A DNA stretch of 23,875 nt, filler included, from an uncultured bacterium (GCA_964499705.1; 3 parts of 3 records of this genome joined end to end with filler, not necessarily neighbours in it), one strand, 5' to 3'. Positions 14,568 through 23,770 are shown, numbered from the whole stretch's first letter. Translations and numbers: made by a program. Notes: generated from the letters alone by a model not told the origin.

Positions 14568-16568
14568 ATGGATCACAAGATGAGTGATTCGGCATCCTCC
14601 CGCGCATGGTACGAATGTGCTATTCCCGAATTCATCGCGACGAAACCGGAGGAGATCCTCGGCGTTCTGACCGCCGGAAGCGATTTCGCCGTAACCACCG
14701 AGCAAAGGAACGCTTGGCTTTACGAGACCCTGTTTCTACGGGATCGGCTTGATGGCTTCGATGGCAGAATATGCCTCGAATTCAACATCCCACGCATGGG
14801 CCGGCGCATCGACGCGGTATTACTAATTCAAGACATTGTCTTCGCTCTCGAGTTCAAGGTTGGCGAAACGAATTATGAACTTGCGGACTTGAATCAGGTC
14901 TGGGACTACGCACTCGACCTCAAGAATTTTCACAGGGCGAGTCATAGTGCCACGATCGTTCCGATCCTCATCGCGACTGCAGCGATGCATCCATTGCCCG
15001 GAGAATTAAGGACTGATGCGGATGGGGTGTACCGTCCTTCAGGCACAGATCCGACTGGATTCCGGGACCTGTTGGCCAAGGCCCTGGCCGTGATCCCGTC
15101 CGGCAAGATTGAGCCACGTGAGTGGTCAAGGTCCTCTTATCTCCCGACGCCGACCATCATCGAAGCGGCTCGATCGCTTTACGCCCGACATTCGGTCGAA
15201 GAGATCGCGCGATCCGACGCCGGCGCACGGAACCTGGCCGTCACATCACGGCGCGTGGAGGAACTCGCTGATCGAGCGAAGAACGCCGGAGCAAAGGTGA
15301 TCTGCTTCGTCACAGGAGTTCCGGGCGCGGGCAAGACGCTTGTCGGTCTCAATGTGGCGACGCGGAACAGGGACGACAGAAAGCCGACTCATGCGGTTTT
15401 TCTTTCAGGAAACGGTCCGCTCGTTCAGGTCTTGAGCGAGGCGTTGGCGCGTGATGAAGTTTCGCGCGCCAAGGCGCGCGGAGAGAATGTGCGCAAGGGA
15501 AAAGCGCGCAACGCGATTCGCGCCTTCATTCAGAACGTGCATCACTTCCGCGACGAGGGACTCGTCAATGGAGGACCTCCGGCGGATCATGTCGTGATTT
15601 TCGACGAAGCCCAACGCGCATGGAACCTCCGTATGACGGCGAACTTCATGAAACAGAAGAAAGGCATGCCCGGCTTCGACAAGTCCGAACCGGAATTTCT
15701 CATATCGTACATGGACAGGCATGTCGATTGGGCCCTCGTCACCTGCCTTGTCGGAGGCGGCCAGGAGATCAATACAGGGGAAGCCGGTATCGAGGCATGG
15801 GTCGAGGCCATCTCATTGCATTTCCCCGAGTGGGAAATGCACATCTCTTCACGCTTGACCGACAGCGAATACGGCGCCGGCCGCGTCCTTGATTTAGTTC
15901 AAAAGCGTCCCCATACCTTTTTCGATGACGACCTGCATCTGGCGGTCTCGAGGCGATCGTTTCGAGCGGAAAACGTGTCCGACTTCATCAAGGCGGTGCT
16001 CGACTGCGAAGTGGGGCGGGCAAAATCCCACCTGCAAGTGATGCGAAATCGCTATCCGATCGTGGTGACAAGAGATCTCGATCTCGCGAAACGATGGGTA
16101 CGCAACAGCGCAAGGGGCACCGAGCGAATCGGCCTGGTCGCGTCCTCCAAAGCGCAGCGACTCAGACCGCACGCGATCGACGTGCGCGTGAAGGTGGATC
16201 CCGTGCATTGGTTTCTCAACGATCGCGACGACGTCCGGTCGAGTTACTTCCTCGAGGACGCCGCGACCGAGTTCCAGGTGCAGGGGCTGGAACTGGATTG
16301 GGCCTGCGTGACATGGGACGGCGACCTGCGGCGTTCAGAAACCGGATGGAGTTTCCATGATTTTCGCGGCGACCGATGGATCAACGTGAATAACAGGGAG
16401 AACCGGGAATATCTGCGAAATGCGTATCGCGTGCTTCTGACACGCGCGAGGCAGGGCATGGCCATCTTCGTGCCGAAAGGCGACGTATCTGATCTGACCC
16501 GCCCTCCCGAATATTACGACACCACGTTTGAATATCTGGCTGAAATCGGACTGCCGGTGCTGGCGTGA
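14568..16568 (+). CDS. DUF2075 (Schlafen group-3-like SF1 helicase) with an N-terminal PD-(D/E)xK-like nuclease domain
   Basis: EF.IPRMGRRID.V...LEFK..QV.DYALDLKNFH; Walker A GVPGAGKT; Walker B IFDEAQR; GGGQEI; QGLELD; YRVLLTRARQG. Confidence 0.88.
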   Translation: MDHKMSDSASSRAWYECAIPEFIATKPEEILGVLTAGSDFAVTTEQRNAWLYETLFLRDRLDGFDGRICLEFNIPRMGRRIDAVLLIQDIVFALEFKVGETNYELADLNQVWDYALDLKNFHRASHSATIVPILIATAAMHPLPGELRTDADGVYRPSGTDPTGFRDLLAKALAVIPSGKIEPREWSRSSYLPTPTIIEAARSLYARHSVEEIARSDAGARNLAVTSRRVEELADRAKNAGAKVICFVTGVPGAGKTLVGLNVATRNRDDRKPTHAVFLSGNGPLVQVLSEALARDEVSRAKARGENVRKGKARNAIRAFIQNVHHFRDEGLVNGGPPADHVVIFDEAQRAWNLRMTANFMKQKKGMPGFDKSEPEFLISYMDRHVDWALVTCLVGGGQEINTGEAGIEAWVEAISLHFPEWEMHISSRLTDSEYGAGRVLDLVQKRPHTFFDDDLHLAVSRRSFRAENVSDFIKAVLDCEVGRAKSHLQVMRNRYPIVVTRDLDLAKRWVRNSARGTERIGLVASSKAQRLRPHAIDVRVKVDPVHWFLNDRDDVRSSYFLEDAATEFQVQGLELDWACVTWDGDLRRSETGWSFHDFRGDRWINVNNRENREYLRNAYRVLLTRARQGMAIFVPKGDVSDLTRPPEYYDTTFEYLAEIGLPVLA

Positions 16569-16689
16569 CCGGTCTGCTGCGTCCATGGCGGAGAATGGGA
16601 AAACGTCGGGAAAACGGAGCCGCTGCCGACCGACGAGGTGGTGCGGATGGACGCACGATCAAAACGGGAGCCTCTACCGAAGGGCGCGC

Positions 16690-16739
16690 TTGACAATCGT
16701 CATCCTAAGGATATCCTTAGGAACATAAGGCAAACCTTA
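16690..16739 (+). promoter_or_regulatory. Promoter with two tandem TAAGG-N4-CCTTA operators for the MNT-HEPN pair
   Basis: TTGACA (16690-16695), 16 bp spacer, TATCCT. Perfect 20-bp palindrome TCCTAAGGATATCCTTAGGA (16703-16722), then TAAGGCAAACCTTA (16726-16739). Confidence 0.75.
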
Positions 16740-17363
16740 GTGAAGAATGCTCAGCCATTGGACTTTCTCCTGGGCTCGCCGGCGCGAGTCGCTGTCCTGC
16801 GCGTCCTCGTCGCGACCCGGACAGAACTGACGGGAGGAGAAACCGCGCGACTGGCCGGCGTCTCCTGGCCACAGGCCCTTGAGGCCCTGAAGAAGTTCGT
16901 CGAGACCGGACTGGTATCCCGCAAGCGCGCTGGCGGCGGCGGATTATATCTCCTGAACCGTGACCGGGAACTGGTGCGTCGGGGCATCATCCCGCTCTTC
17001 GACACCGAGAAGGTTCTTATCGCCACAGCTCTTAAGAAGTTCGTTGGCGGTCTCTCCAGCCTCTCACCGGAATCGGTCGTGCTGTTCGGTTCAACGGCCC
17101 GCGGCGATCGTGGGCCAAGGTCGGACGTCGATGTTCTCGTGATTCTCCCCAGGAAGATCGCTCGTGCGGCTGAAGCCGTCGCCGAGAGCGCCGCGAAGGC
17201 GGGAAGTGTTGCCGGATTCCGAATTTCTCCGCTCCTCCTGTCGATTGCCGAGGTCAAGAAGGCGACAGGAAGCAAGAAGGACCTTATCGAAAACATCCGA
17301 GCCGAGGGAAAACGCCTCGCAGGCCGGGAACTGAACGAAGTGATCCGTGGCAAGAGCGCGTAA
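16740..17363 (+). CDS. wHTH-fused minimal nucleotidyltransferase (MNT) antitoxin
   Basis: N-terminal wHTH (GSPARVAVLRVL..ELTG.E.ARLAG.S...AL..L..F...GLV); LFGSTARGD....SDVDVLV (GSx10DxD). Start reassigned to GTG 16740, downstream of the promoter. Confidence 0.85.
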   Translation: MKNAQPLDFLLGSPARVAVLRVLVATRTELTGGETARLAGVSWPQALEALKKFVETGLVSRKRAGGGGLYLLNRDRELVRRGIIPLFDTEKVLIATALKKFVGGLSSLSPESVVLFGSTARGDRGPRSDVDVLVILPRKIARAAEAVAESAAKAGSVAGFRISPLLLSIAEVKKATGSKKDLIENIRAEGKRLAGRELNEVIRGKSA

Positions 17364-17745
17364 GGTTTGTTCCGGCGGTTGGAAGGATTATCACAAGAAG
17401 GCTAAGCTCCTCTTGGAGGCCAGTCATGTATGTATCGAGTTCGAACTCCACGATGCTGGCGCCATCCTCGCCATCCACAGCGCGATCCTTTTTGCCGACG
17501 CCGCGCTCACCCGGAACGCCGGCCTCCGATCGGCATCCGAGAATCACGAGGACATCATCGACCTCCTGACCTCGAACTTCCAGGATGCATCGACGGCCAT
17601 CCGTCAACTCGGCACATTGCTGGCCGCTAAGAACGAGGCCGAATACACCGGAGAGCGGATCGAGGTGTCCCGCGCACGGGACCTCTACAAGCGGGCCCAA
17701 CGATTCGCGGCGTGGTGCGAGGCGTATCTGCCAGGCACCGAATGA
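17347..17745 (+). CDS. HEPN-domain protein, toxin partner of the MNT
   Basis: Helical 132 aa; A..LAIHSAI..ADA, RS.SENH, KNEAEY; overlaps the MNT gene. Confidence 0.8.
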   Translation: MARARKVCSGGWKDYHKKAKLLLEASHVCIEFELHDAGAILAIHSAILFADAALTRNAGLRSASENHEDIIDLLTSNFQDASTAIRQLGTLLAAKNEAEYTGERIEVSRARDLYKRAQRFAAWCEAYLPGTE

Positions 17746-17829
17746 GAATCGAAAACGTCCAAAAATTAATCGTGCTACGCGATGATCCACGGATGTCTCA
17801 ACAAAATTGGGAAACGGTCTGAAAGATAA

Positions 17830-17888
17830 TGGCTGGGGGACTAGGATTCGAACCTAGATAAACGGAGTCAGAGTCCGTTGTCCTACCG
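17830..17888 (-). tRNA. tRNA-Gln (anticodon CTG), 5' part cut by the contig end
   Basis: Reverse complement CGGTAGGACA-ACGGA-CTCTGAC-TCCGT-TTAT-CTAGG-TTCGAAT-CCTAG-TCCCCCA-G-CCA shows anticodon stem-loop, T-arm and encoded CCA. Confidence 0.95.
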
Positions 17889-17988
17889 NNNNNNNNNNNN
17901 NNNNNNNNNNNNNNNNNNNNNNNNNNNNNNNNTTAATTAATTAANNNNNNNNNNNNNNNNNNNNNNNNNNNNNNNNNNNNNNNNNNNN
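17889..17988. other. Artificial contig-joining linker
   Basis: N44-TTAATTAATTAA-N44. Confidence 0.97.
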
Positions 17989-18321
17989 GCCCGCGTCGAT
18001 GACCATGATCGCCGCGTCGACCGGGGTGAGCACGCGGTAGGTGTCCTCCGAGAAATCGCGATGGCCCGGGGTGTCGAGGAGGTTGACTTTGAATCCGGAG
18101 TAATCGAACTGAAGAACCGTGGAGCTGATGGAGATGCCGCGCTGCTTTTCGAGTTCCATCCAGTCCGAGCAGGTGGCGCGCTCGTTCTTCCGCGTCGTCA
18201 CCGTGCCGGCCAGCCGCAACGCTCCGCCGTAAAGCAAAAGCTTCTCCGTCAGCGTCGTCTTGCCCGCGTCGGGATGCGAAATGATCGCGAACGTTCGCCG
18301 CTCCTGGATGTCTTCCGTCAT
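17989..18321 (-). CDS. prfC: Peptide chain release factor 3, N-terminal part (truncated by the contig end)
   Basis: [59 protein letters not shown]. Confidence 0.95.
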
Positions 18322-18344
18322 AAGTTCATCTTTCTTCCACTTCG

Positions 18345-19430
18345 TTAAATCGCGGTCGCCGCCGGACGCAAGCTGGCGCCGGATCGACGTCGCTCGGAAT
18401 TCCCGAGCTGCCCGCACGCTCCCATCAGATCCCGGCCATGCGTCACTCGCCTCTTCACGAATTGCCCGCGTTCCTTCAGGCGGTTCATGAACGCCAGGAG
18501 CACATCATCGGAGGGAGGAGCGAAGCGCGCGTCGCGTTGAGGATTGTACGGGATTACGTTGACAATGCAACGGAGAGGGCGGCACCACTCCGCGACCAGA
18601 TCGGCGTCGGATGCGGAATCGTTCACGCCCTTCATGAGCACATATTCGATGCAGTACCGACCCTTCGGGCCGAGCGGATACTCGATGAGCGCCCGCTGCA
18701 GCTCCGCCAGCGGCATTCCCCTGTTGATCGGCATCAACTCGTTCCTGACATCGTCGCGGGCCGCGTTCAGAGAGACGGCGATCCGGAGATTTCTCCAGCC
18801 GAGCGCGGCCAGCTTCCGGATACCGTCGATCCGGCCGACGGTGGAGATCGTGATGTGCGCGACCGGAAAATTCAGGCCTGCGGGATCGCTGAGGACGCTG
18901 ATCGCATGAACGACGGCGTCGAAGTTGTCGAGCGGCTCACCCATGCCCATGAAGACGATGTTGGCGATGCCGTCATCCTTGTAGCGCCACTGCCGCCAGG
19001 CGTTGTTTCCGCCCTCCGGGCCCCCGGGAAGAAGGAATCGTCGGGCGGCGATTCTCTGCGCCACGATCGCCGCCGGATCGAGATTCGCCAGCAGTCCCAT
19101 GCCGCCGTTTTCGCAGAAGGAACAAGCCATCCGGCAGCCCACCTGCGAGGAGACGCAGAGCGTCATCCAGTTGTTCCCGTGATGACCGTTCATCGGAATG
19201 ATGACCGATTCCGTCTCCAGAGAATGCCCATCCGGACCCGGCACCGGCAGGCAGAATTTCCGGACGCCGTCCTGTTCCTCCGCGCGCGTCGGTTCCGGAA
19301 TGTCAAGACCGTCCCCCGTCCGCATCATCCGGGAGTATGCGGGCCGGGCGACGCTCTCGTGCTGTTCCATCCAGCGCGCATAATCGGCCAGCCTCATGCC
19401 CATGAGCGAAGGTGCGGAAGAAGAATTCAT
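18345..19430 (-). CDS. rlmN: Radical SAM RNA methyltransferase, RlmN family
   Basis: [57 protein letters not shown]. Real start is about 19430; the 753-aa track ORF is an antisense extension. Confidence 0.9.
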   Translation of the reverse strand: MNSSSAPSLMGMRLADYARWMEQHESVARPAYSRMMRTGDGLDIPEPTRAEEQDGVRKFCLPVPGPDGHSLETESVIIPMNGHHGNNWMTLCVSSQVGCRMACSFCENGGMGLLANLDPAAIVAQRIAARRFLLPGGPEGGNNAWRQWRYKDDGIANIVFMGMGEPLDNFDAVVHAISVLSDPAGLNFPVAHITISTVGRIDGIRKLAALGWRNLRIAVSLNAARDDVRNELMPINRGMPLAELQRALIEYPLGPKGRYCIEYVLMKGVNDSASDADLVAEWCRPLRCIVNVIPYNPQRDARFAPPSDDVLLAFMNRLKERGQFVKRRVTHGRDLMGACGQLGNSERRRSGASLRPAATAI

Positions 19431-19541
19431 GTGACAAGTATAACGGTTGTCACGCATCGCTCCCATGTTTTCCACCAACACGCCTGCAGCCCTTGAATTC
19501 GGCGAAGAGCGGTGACTAAACTGAATTGAAGAGGTGCGACG

Positions 19542-20597
19542 ATGACCGATCCGTTGTCCGCTAACCCGTCCGACAAATTTATTTCCAAAAGCGATTTCAC
19601 GCAGGAGAGCATGGCGATTCCCGCCGAGCCTATGGGATGCCTGTCGGATGCGCTGGCGCTTCTCATCAACCAGAAATACGCCGAGCATACGCTGCACGAG
19701 ATCCTGTATGCGCTCCGCAAATTGCTGAAGGCTCATGCCACGGTCATCCTCCTGAAGGACCCGCACTCCGACTATCTCCACATCAAGAGCCACTGCAACA
19801 TGTCGTATCGATTCGTCAACACGTACCGCCGTTCCGTCGGCAAGGGGATCGTCGGCCGCCTCTTCTACGCCGACCATTTCGTCATGACCGACGCCGACGG
19901 AAACGTGGACGACTACCAGGACCTCCGGCTCGACTTCGATTACACCGTCGCCGCCGCCGCGCGGATCGAACTGATGGGCAGGGCCGCCGGATATCTCGCG
20001 GTGTACTGGGACCGCCGACCGGACAAATACGTGTCGCTGGAAAATCTCCTGCGCGGCCTCGCCGCGACCTGCTCGATGTCGCTCCTGATGCAGGACCACG
20101 GCGAAATGATCGACCGGCTCCGTCTGATGGACCAGGATTCCGGCCTCTACCTCTTCTCCGCGTTCTGCTCGCGCCTCACGGAGGAATGGAAACGGAGCCG
20201 CCGGTATCACCAGCCCCTCGCGGTCGCGCTCCTCGACCTCGCCAATTTCAAGGAGGTCATCAACACGTACGGCCTGACGACGGGCGCCGCGCTCTATCGC
20301 GACGTCGTCTCCGTCCTGAAGTCGCTGATGCGCGACCACGACGTGATGTGCCGATTCGGAGCCGACGAAGTGATGTTCTACTTCCCGAACACCGACGCCG
20401 ACGGCGCGCGGAAACTTCTGGAGCGGATCGAGACCGAAGTCCTGTCGCGGATCTTCACGCCGGAGGGCATCCGGACGGCCCTGAACATCGGCTATGCCGT
20501 CCTCGATTCCAACGACGAACCGCACGACATCATCTGGAGATCGCAGAAAGCCCTCCACACATCCCGCGTCAGCAACCGCCCCATAGTGATGCTGTAG
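19542..20597 (+). CDS. GAF + degenerate GGDEF-domain protein
   Basis: GAF-like region (VGKGIVG); D..SGLY; DLANFKEVINTYG; RDHD-VMCRF-GADEV; GAGGTG SD. Confidence 0.85.
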   Translation: MTDPLSANPSDKFISKSDFTQESMAIPAEPMGCLSDALALLINQKYAEHTLHEILYALRKLLKAHATVILLKDPHSDYLHIKSHCNMSYRFVNTYRRSVGKGIVGRLFYADHFVMTDADGNVDDYQDLRLDFDYTVAAAARIELMGRAAGYLAVYWDRRPDKYVSLENLLRGLAATCSMSLLMQDHGEMIDRLRLMDQDSGLYLFSAFCSRLTEEWKRSRRYHQPLAVALLDLANFKEVINTYGLTTGAALYRDVVSVLKSLMRDHDVMCRFGADEVMFYFPNTDADGARKLLERIETEVLSRIFTPEGIRTALNIGYAVLDSNDEPHDIIWRSQKALHTSRVSNRPIVML

Positions 20598-20675
20598 TCG
20601 ACTCAATATAGGTGAAGGAGGTTCTGTTCCGCTGATGCTGGACTTCCATTACTGAAAATCCTATCCTGCTGCCAG

Positions 20676-21512
20676 ATGCCAAAATCGACAAAATCTGCGA
20701 GACCGACTTCTGAGCAGGCATTTCAGAGGATCCTCGATGTTACGCCCATCGCCATAAAGGACGTAAACTCTTTAACTATTCGAGTTTTTCAAACCCGGGG
20801 CGGTCGAATAGGCAGCGGGCTGGGCGGCGTAATAGAGGCTCTATGGGGTTTCTATGTCAATAAACACCTTCTCAAATCGGATTTAGGCGCCGAAATGGCC
20901 TGGATCTCGGGTCATGAATACAATGACTTTGCCGTTATCATTTGCGATGAGGATTGGGATCCACAGAAGGGTACAAGCGAATTATTTCGCGTAGAGGTTA
21001 AATCCATGGTGCGAAGCGCCAAAGAACCAAAGGCTCATTTTGACCGCTTGCGGAAGGAAATAAAACATACCGATACACTTGCCGTATTCATATGGGACTG
21101 GGTTCCCGTATCCAAGGGATCGAAGCGTTGTTACCCGAAGATTCTTGACGGCTTTGTAGGCCGGGCATCCGCGATTGCAACACTTCGCGATGAACTCCAT
21201 GTCGCGCGCGGAGGTACATTTGTTCCGAAGAATAAATGCCCGGACGGCTGCCGCATGCCCTGTTGTCACATCGACGAACCATTGAATCCTAACGGCGTAC
21301 GCGAAAGAAAAAGTGGTCCTGTGAATTCGAAGAAAGGTAAGACCACTTTTCAAGCGAATTTCGGCGGCCTCAAGCGTATGCTCGGCGTTCGAGGAGTAGA
21401 AGCAATAAAGACTCTTCAGAAGTTCGCAAAACGGAAAAATGACGCCGCACAATATGTTTCTTTCATTCAAAGGAACTTCAAGAGGGCGCCGTACCCGACA
21501 GAGGCGCCCTAG
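20676..21512 (+). CDS. Putative stand-alone type II restriction endonuclease (PD-(D/E)xK-like)
   Basis: G..IE...; YNDF...RVEVKS catalytic-like motif; Cys cluster CPDGC...CCH; converges on the M/S genes with a 4-bp CTAG overlap; AT-richer than the flanks. Confidence 0.7.
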   Translation: MPKSTKSARPTSEQAFQRILDVTPIAIKDVNSLTIRVFQTRGGRIGSGLGGVIEALWGFYVNKHLLKSDLGAEMAWISGHEYNDFAVIICDEDWDPQKGTSELFRVEVKSMVRSAKEPKAHFDRLRKEIKHTDTLAVFIWDWVPVSKGSKRCYPKILDGFVGRASAIATLRDELHVARGGTFVPKNKCPDGCRMPCCHIDEPLNPNGVRERKSGPVNSKKGKTTFQANFGGLKRMLGVRGVEAIKTLQKFAKRKNDAAQYVSFIQRNFKRAPYPTEAP

Positions 21513-22174
21513 TCATTAAGGGCCTTGGCGATATAATGCTCAAAATCGGCAGGTGCTCTCGCCACGATTACTTTCGCAGCAAGCCGTTTTTTCTTAAGTA
21601 TTTCTAGCGAACGAACAAGGCTCGCCTGCGTCCGTGGAGCAAGCAGGGGAATTTTCGTGCGCATAAGATCTCTGGAAGATACTCGCGGTAGAGCTGCTCC
21701 TGTCTGAAGTTTCGCCAACTGATTCGATACGGCTGCTGAAGCCAGAATCGCCCTTAAGAAGACAGGCGAAACGCCTTCATTCGGTCGAAGCACGATAAAC
21801 TCGGTCGAACAAAGACCTCCCTGTATTTCCGGTACAGCCAGCACCTTGCGAAGATTCGGACGCAAGCGACCATAGAGCACGTCTCCTTCGACGAACTTCT
21901 TCGACCTCGATCTTATCTCCCCGGAGCTATGATAAATATTTCCGACAAGATCACCGGTGATCGTTTCCACATTTTCCAAGCCAATATAGACGAACTTGTC
22001 GTCCTCATTATCAGGAGGATCAGATGACTCGCTGATTTCCCGGCAGAAAGATTCGAGCGACGCCATTTCCCAGCGGCTCGCGAGTACGTTCACGGCGTCG
22101 TCATCGAGATAAATCTCTACTCGCCACCGTCCTTGTTCTTCTAACCGCGCAACAGAGACAATATTCGATTTCAT
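21509..22174 (-). CDS. Half-size (single-TRD) HsdS-like specificity subunit
   Basis: YIGLENVE..TG, F..GDVLYGRLRPNL.K, CSTEFIVLRP, TGA.LPRVS, followed by a conserved-region helix. Starts immediately after the M stop (TGAATG). Confidence 0.88.
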   Translation of the reverse strand: MKSNIVSVARLEEQGRWRVEIYLDDDAVNVLASRWEMASLESFCREISESSDPPDNEDDKFVYIGLENVETITGDLVGNIYHSSGEIRSRSKKFVEGDVLYGRLRPNLRKVLAVPEIQGGLCSTEFIVLRPNEGVSPVFLRAILASAAVSNQLAKLQTGAALPRVSSRDLMRTKIPLLAPRTQASLVRSLEILKKKRLAAKVIVARAPADFEHYIAKALND

Positions 22175-23770
22175 TCACCAGCCCTCTCTTTGCAGAAAGC
22201 GGGAAGCCTCTTCCGCAGCCGCGTCCAGATCCATGCCGCGCAATTCCCTTCCGCTCGCATCGTACCCGACATTAGTAACCTGGATCATGCATACCGTCTT
22301 GCTGTCGTTTGGCTTTTCGCCCGGTTTCATCTTTTTCGCGAAGAGAATGCCCGTTTTAACATTGGCACCGTAAGGGCAGAAAGTGTCAACGGGAAGGCTG
22401 ACAATAATGCGCGGAAGGATATGTTGGAGAAGCCACGACCTGACAAACTGTGTCGAATCAGAACTCAGCACGTTGTCAGGAAGCACGATCGCGAGTTTTC
22501 CGCCGGGTCTTAGAAATTGTATCGATCGCTCGAGACCCAGGATCTCAAGAGGCGAGTTTTTTTTATTTCGCGCCAGTTCATAATGACCAAGCCCCGTCAA
22601 TGCTTCACTTCCAAGAAGCGAGCCAAAAGGGGGATTCGTGATCACTATATCGAACGAATCAGGACTAATGTCCGGATAATTCGCAAAATCGAGCAACGCA
22701 TCCGTGCAACGGATATTGCTGTGACCATCGCCGTTGAGTCTCATATCGGTCATGGCGATCCTAACCATTCGCTCACTCTTTTCGATGCCATGCAACTTAC
22801 CGAATGCAAATTCGTGAAACGCCTTCGATGTCCTGCCTTGCACGCTCGCAACGCTCCTGAGGCATTCGGTTAAAAAATGCCCGGAACCACAGAACGGATC
22901 AAGTATCAGATCCGAAACCTTAGGCACGATAATGGCGGTCATCAGCTCGCACACCGGATTCGGCGTGAAGTATTGCCCCATTCCGGATCGGATTGTTTTA
23001 CCAAGAACTTTTTGAAATGCACGCCCCTTTATGTCAGTTTGCGTCTTGGAGAGATCGTATTCTTCCAACATCTTGTAACACTTGACGAGTGCAGCACTTG
23101 AAAGCCTTATCGGTCTATTGAAGACACCACGCGACCTCTCGTATTGCGGAATTTTGAGCCGAAAAACTCTCATATCATACTCTGACGCCTCTCGATAAAA
23201 TCCTCGAATTGATGCCGCGTGTTCCTCGGTGGAACCAAAGTTCTCGGATCTCAGGACAAGCGCGCCTCGTTCCTTCGCCACTTCTTCTTCATAACTTCGT
23301 GTATAGAGAAGTTTACATAGCTCTTCAAGAGCTTCGTCCGGATGAATGCCGTCCACATCCCTCATGACACTGTGAATTTCGAAGAAGATCCCTTCTAGTT
23401 CCTTGGAAAGCGGGAGTGCGGGCCTTCGCCTTCCATACTCTAACTGCCGCGCAGGTTGGAAGTATTCGATGTCCTGAATCTCGTCCCACCCATCACCACC
23501 GAACCGTCGACGATACGCCCTATTTATTTTTTCTGCCGTCGTAATAACTACGATCCCTACCGTGTTCAGATTTTCCGCCGCGGCGAGTAATTTTTCCATT
23601 CTACCATTCATTTTCTTGTCGTCGGCAACAACAAGAAGATAGGGTGTATCCGTGGAACTATTGAGAACAGTCCCGATGATCGCCTCATCTATCTTAGCCT
23701 CAGTTGTGGAGTCTGTCGGATACAGATATTTCGAGAAAAGGGCGGATACGTTCTGCGATTTCTTAAACAT
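22175..23770 (-). CDS. N6-adenine DNA methyltransferase, type I HsdM-like subunit
   Basis: GQYFTP, LDPFCGSGHFL (motif I), ITNPPFG (motif IV), L.PGG.LAIVLPD. Confidence 0.92.
   Translation of the reverse strand: MFKKSQNVSALFSKYLYPTDSTTEAKIDEAIIGTVLNSSTDTPYLLVVADDKKMNGRMEKLLAAAENLNTVGIVVITTAEKINRAYRRRFGGDGWDEIQDIEYFQPARQLEYGRRRPALPLSKELEGIFFEIHSVMRDVDGIHPDEALEELCKLLYTRSYEEEVAKERGALVLRSENFGSTEEHAASIRGFYREASEYDMRVFRLKIPQYERSRGVFNRPIRLSSAALVKCYKMLEEYDLSKTQTDIKGRAFQKVLGKTIRSGMGQYFTPNPVCELMTAIIVPKVSDLILDPFCGSGHFLTECLRSVASVQGRTSKAFHEFAFGKLHGIEKSERMVRIAMTDMRLNGDGHSNIRCTDALLDFANYPDISPDSFDIVITNPPFGSLLGSEALTGLGHYELARNKKNSPLEILGLERSIQFLRPGGKLAIVLPDNVLSSDSTQFVRSWLLQHILPRIIVSLPVDTFCPYGANVKTGILFAKKMKPGEKPNDSKTVCMIQVTNVGYDASGRELRGMDLDAAAEEASRFLQREGW

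Noticed and set aside
17742-17822. 26-codon ORF with ATGA overlap after the HEPN gene
   Set aside because: Too short, no motif and atypical codons; cannot be supported.
7704-20597. Functional linkage of MshEN-PilB with the degenerate GGDEF protein, or a composite transposon between the two inverted IS ends
   Set aside because: The elements lie on different contigs joined artificially. Both IS ends face outward into gaps, so order and distance are meaningless.
18345-20606. 753-aa ORF suggesting a large RlmN fusion
   Set aside because: The first ~390 codons are the antisense shadow of the GAF-GGDEF gene; RlmN similarity starts near 19430.
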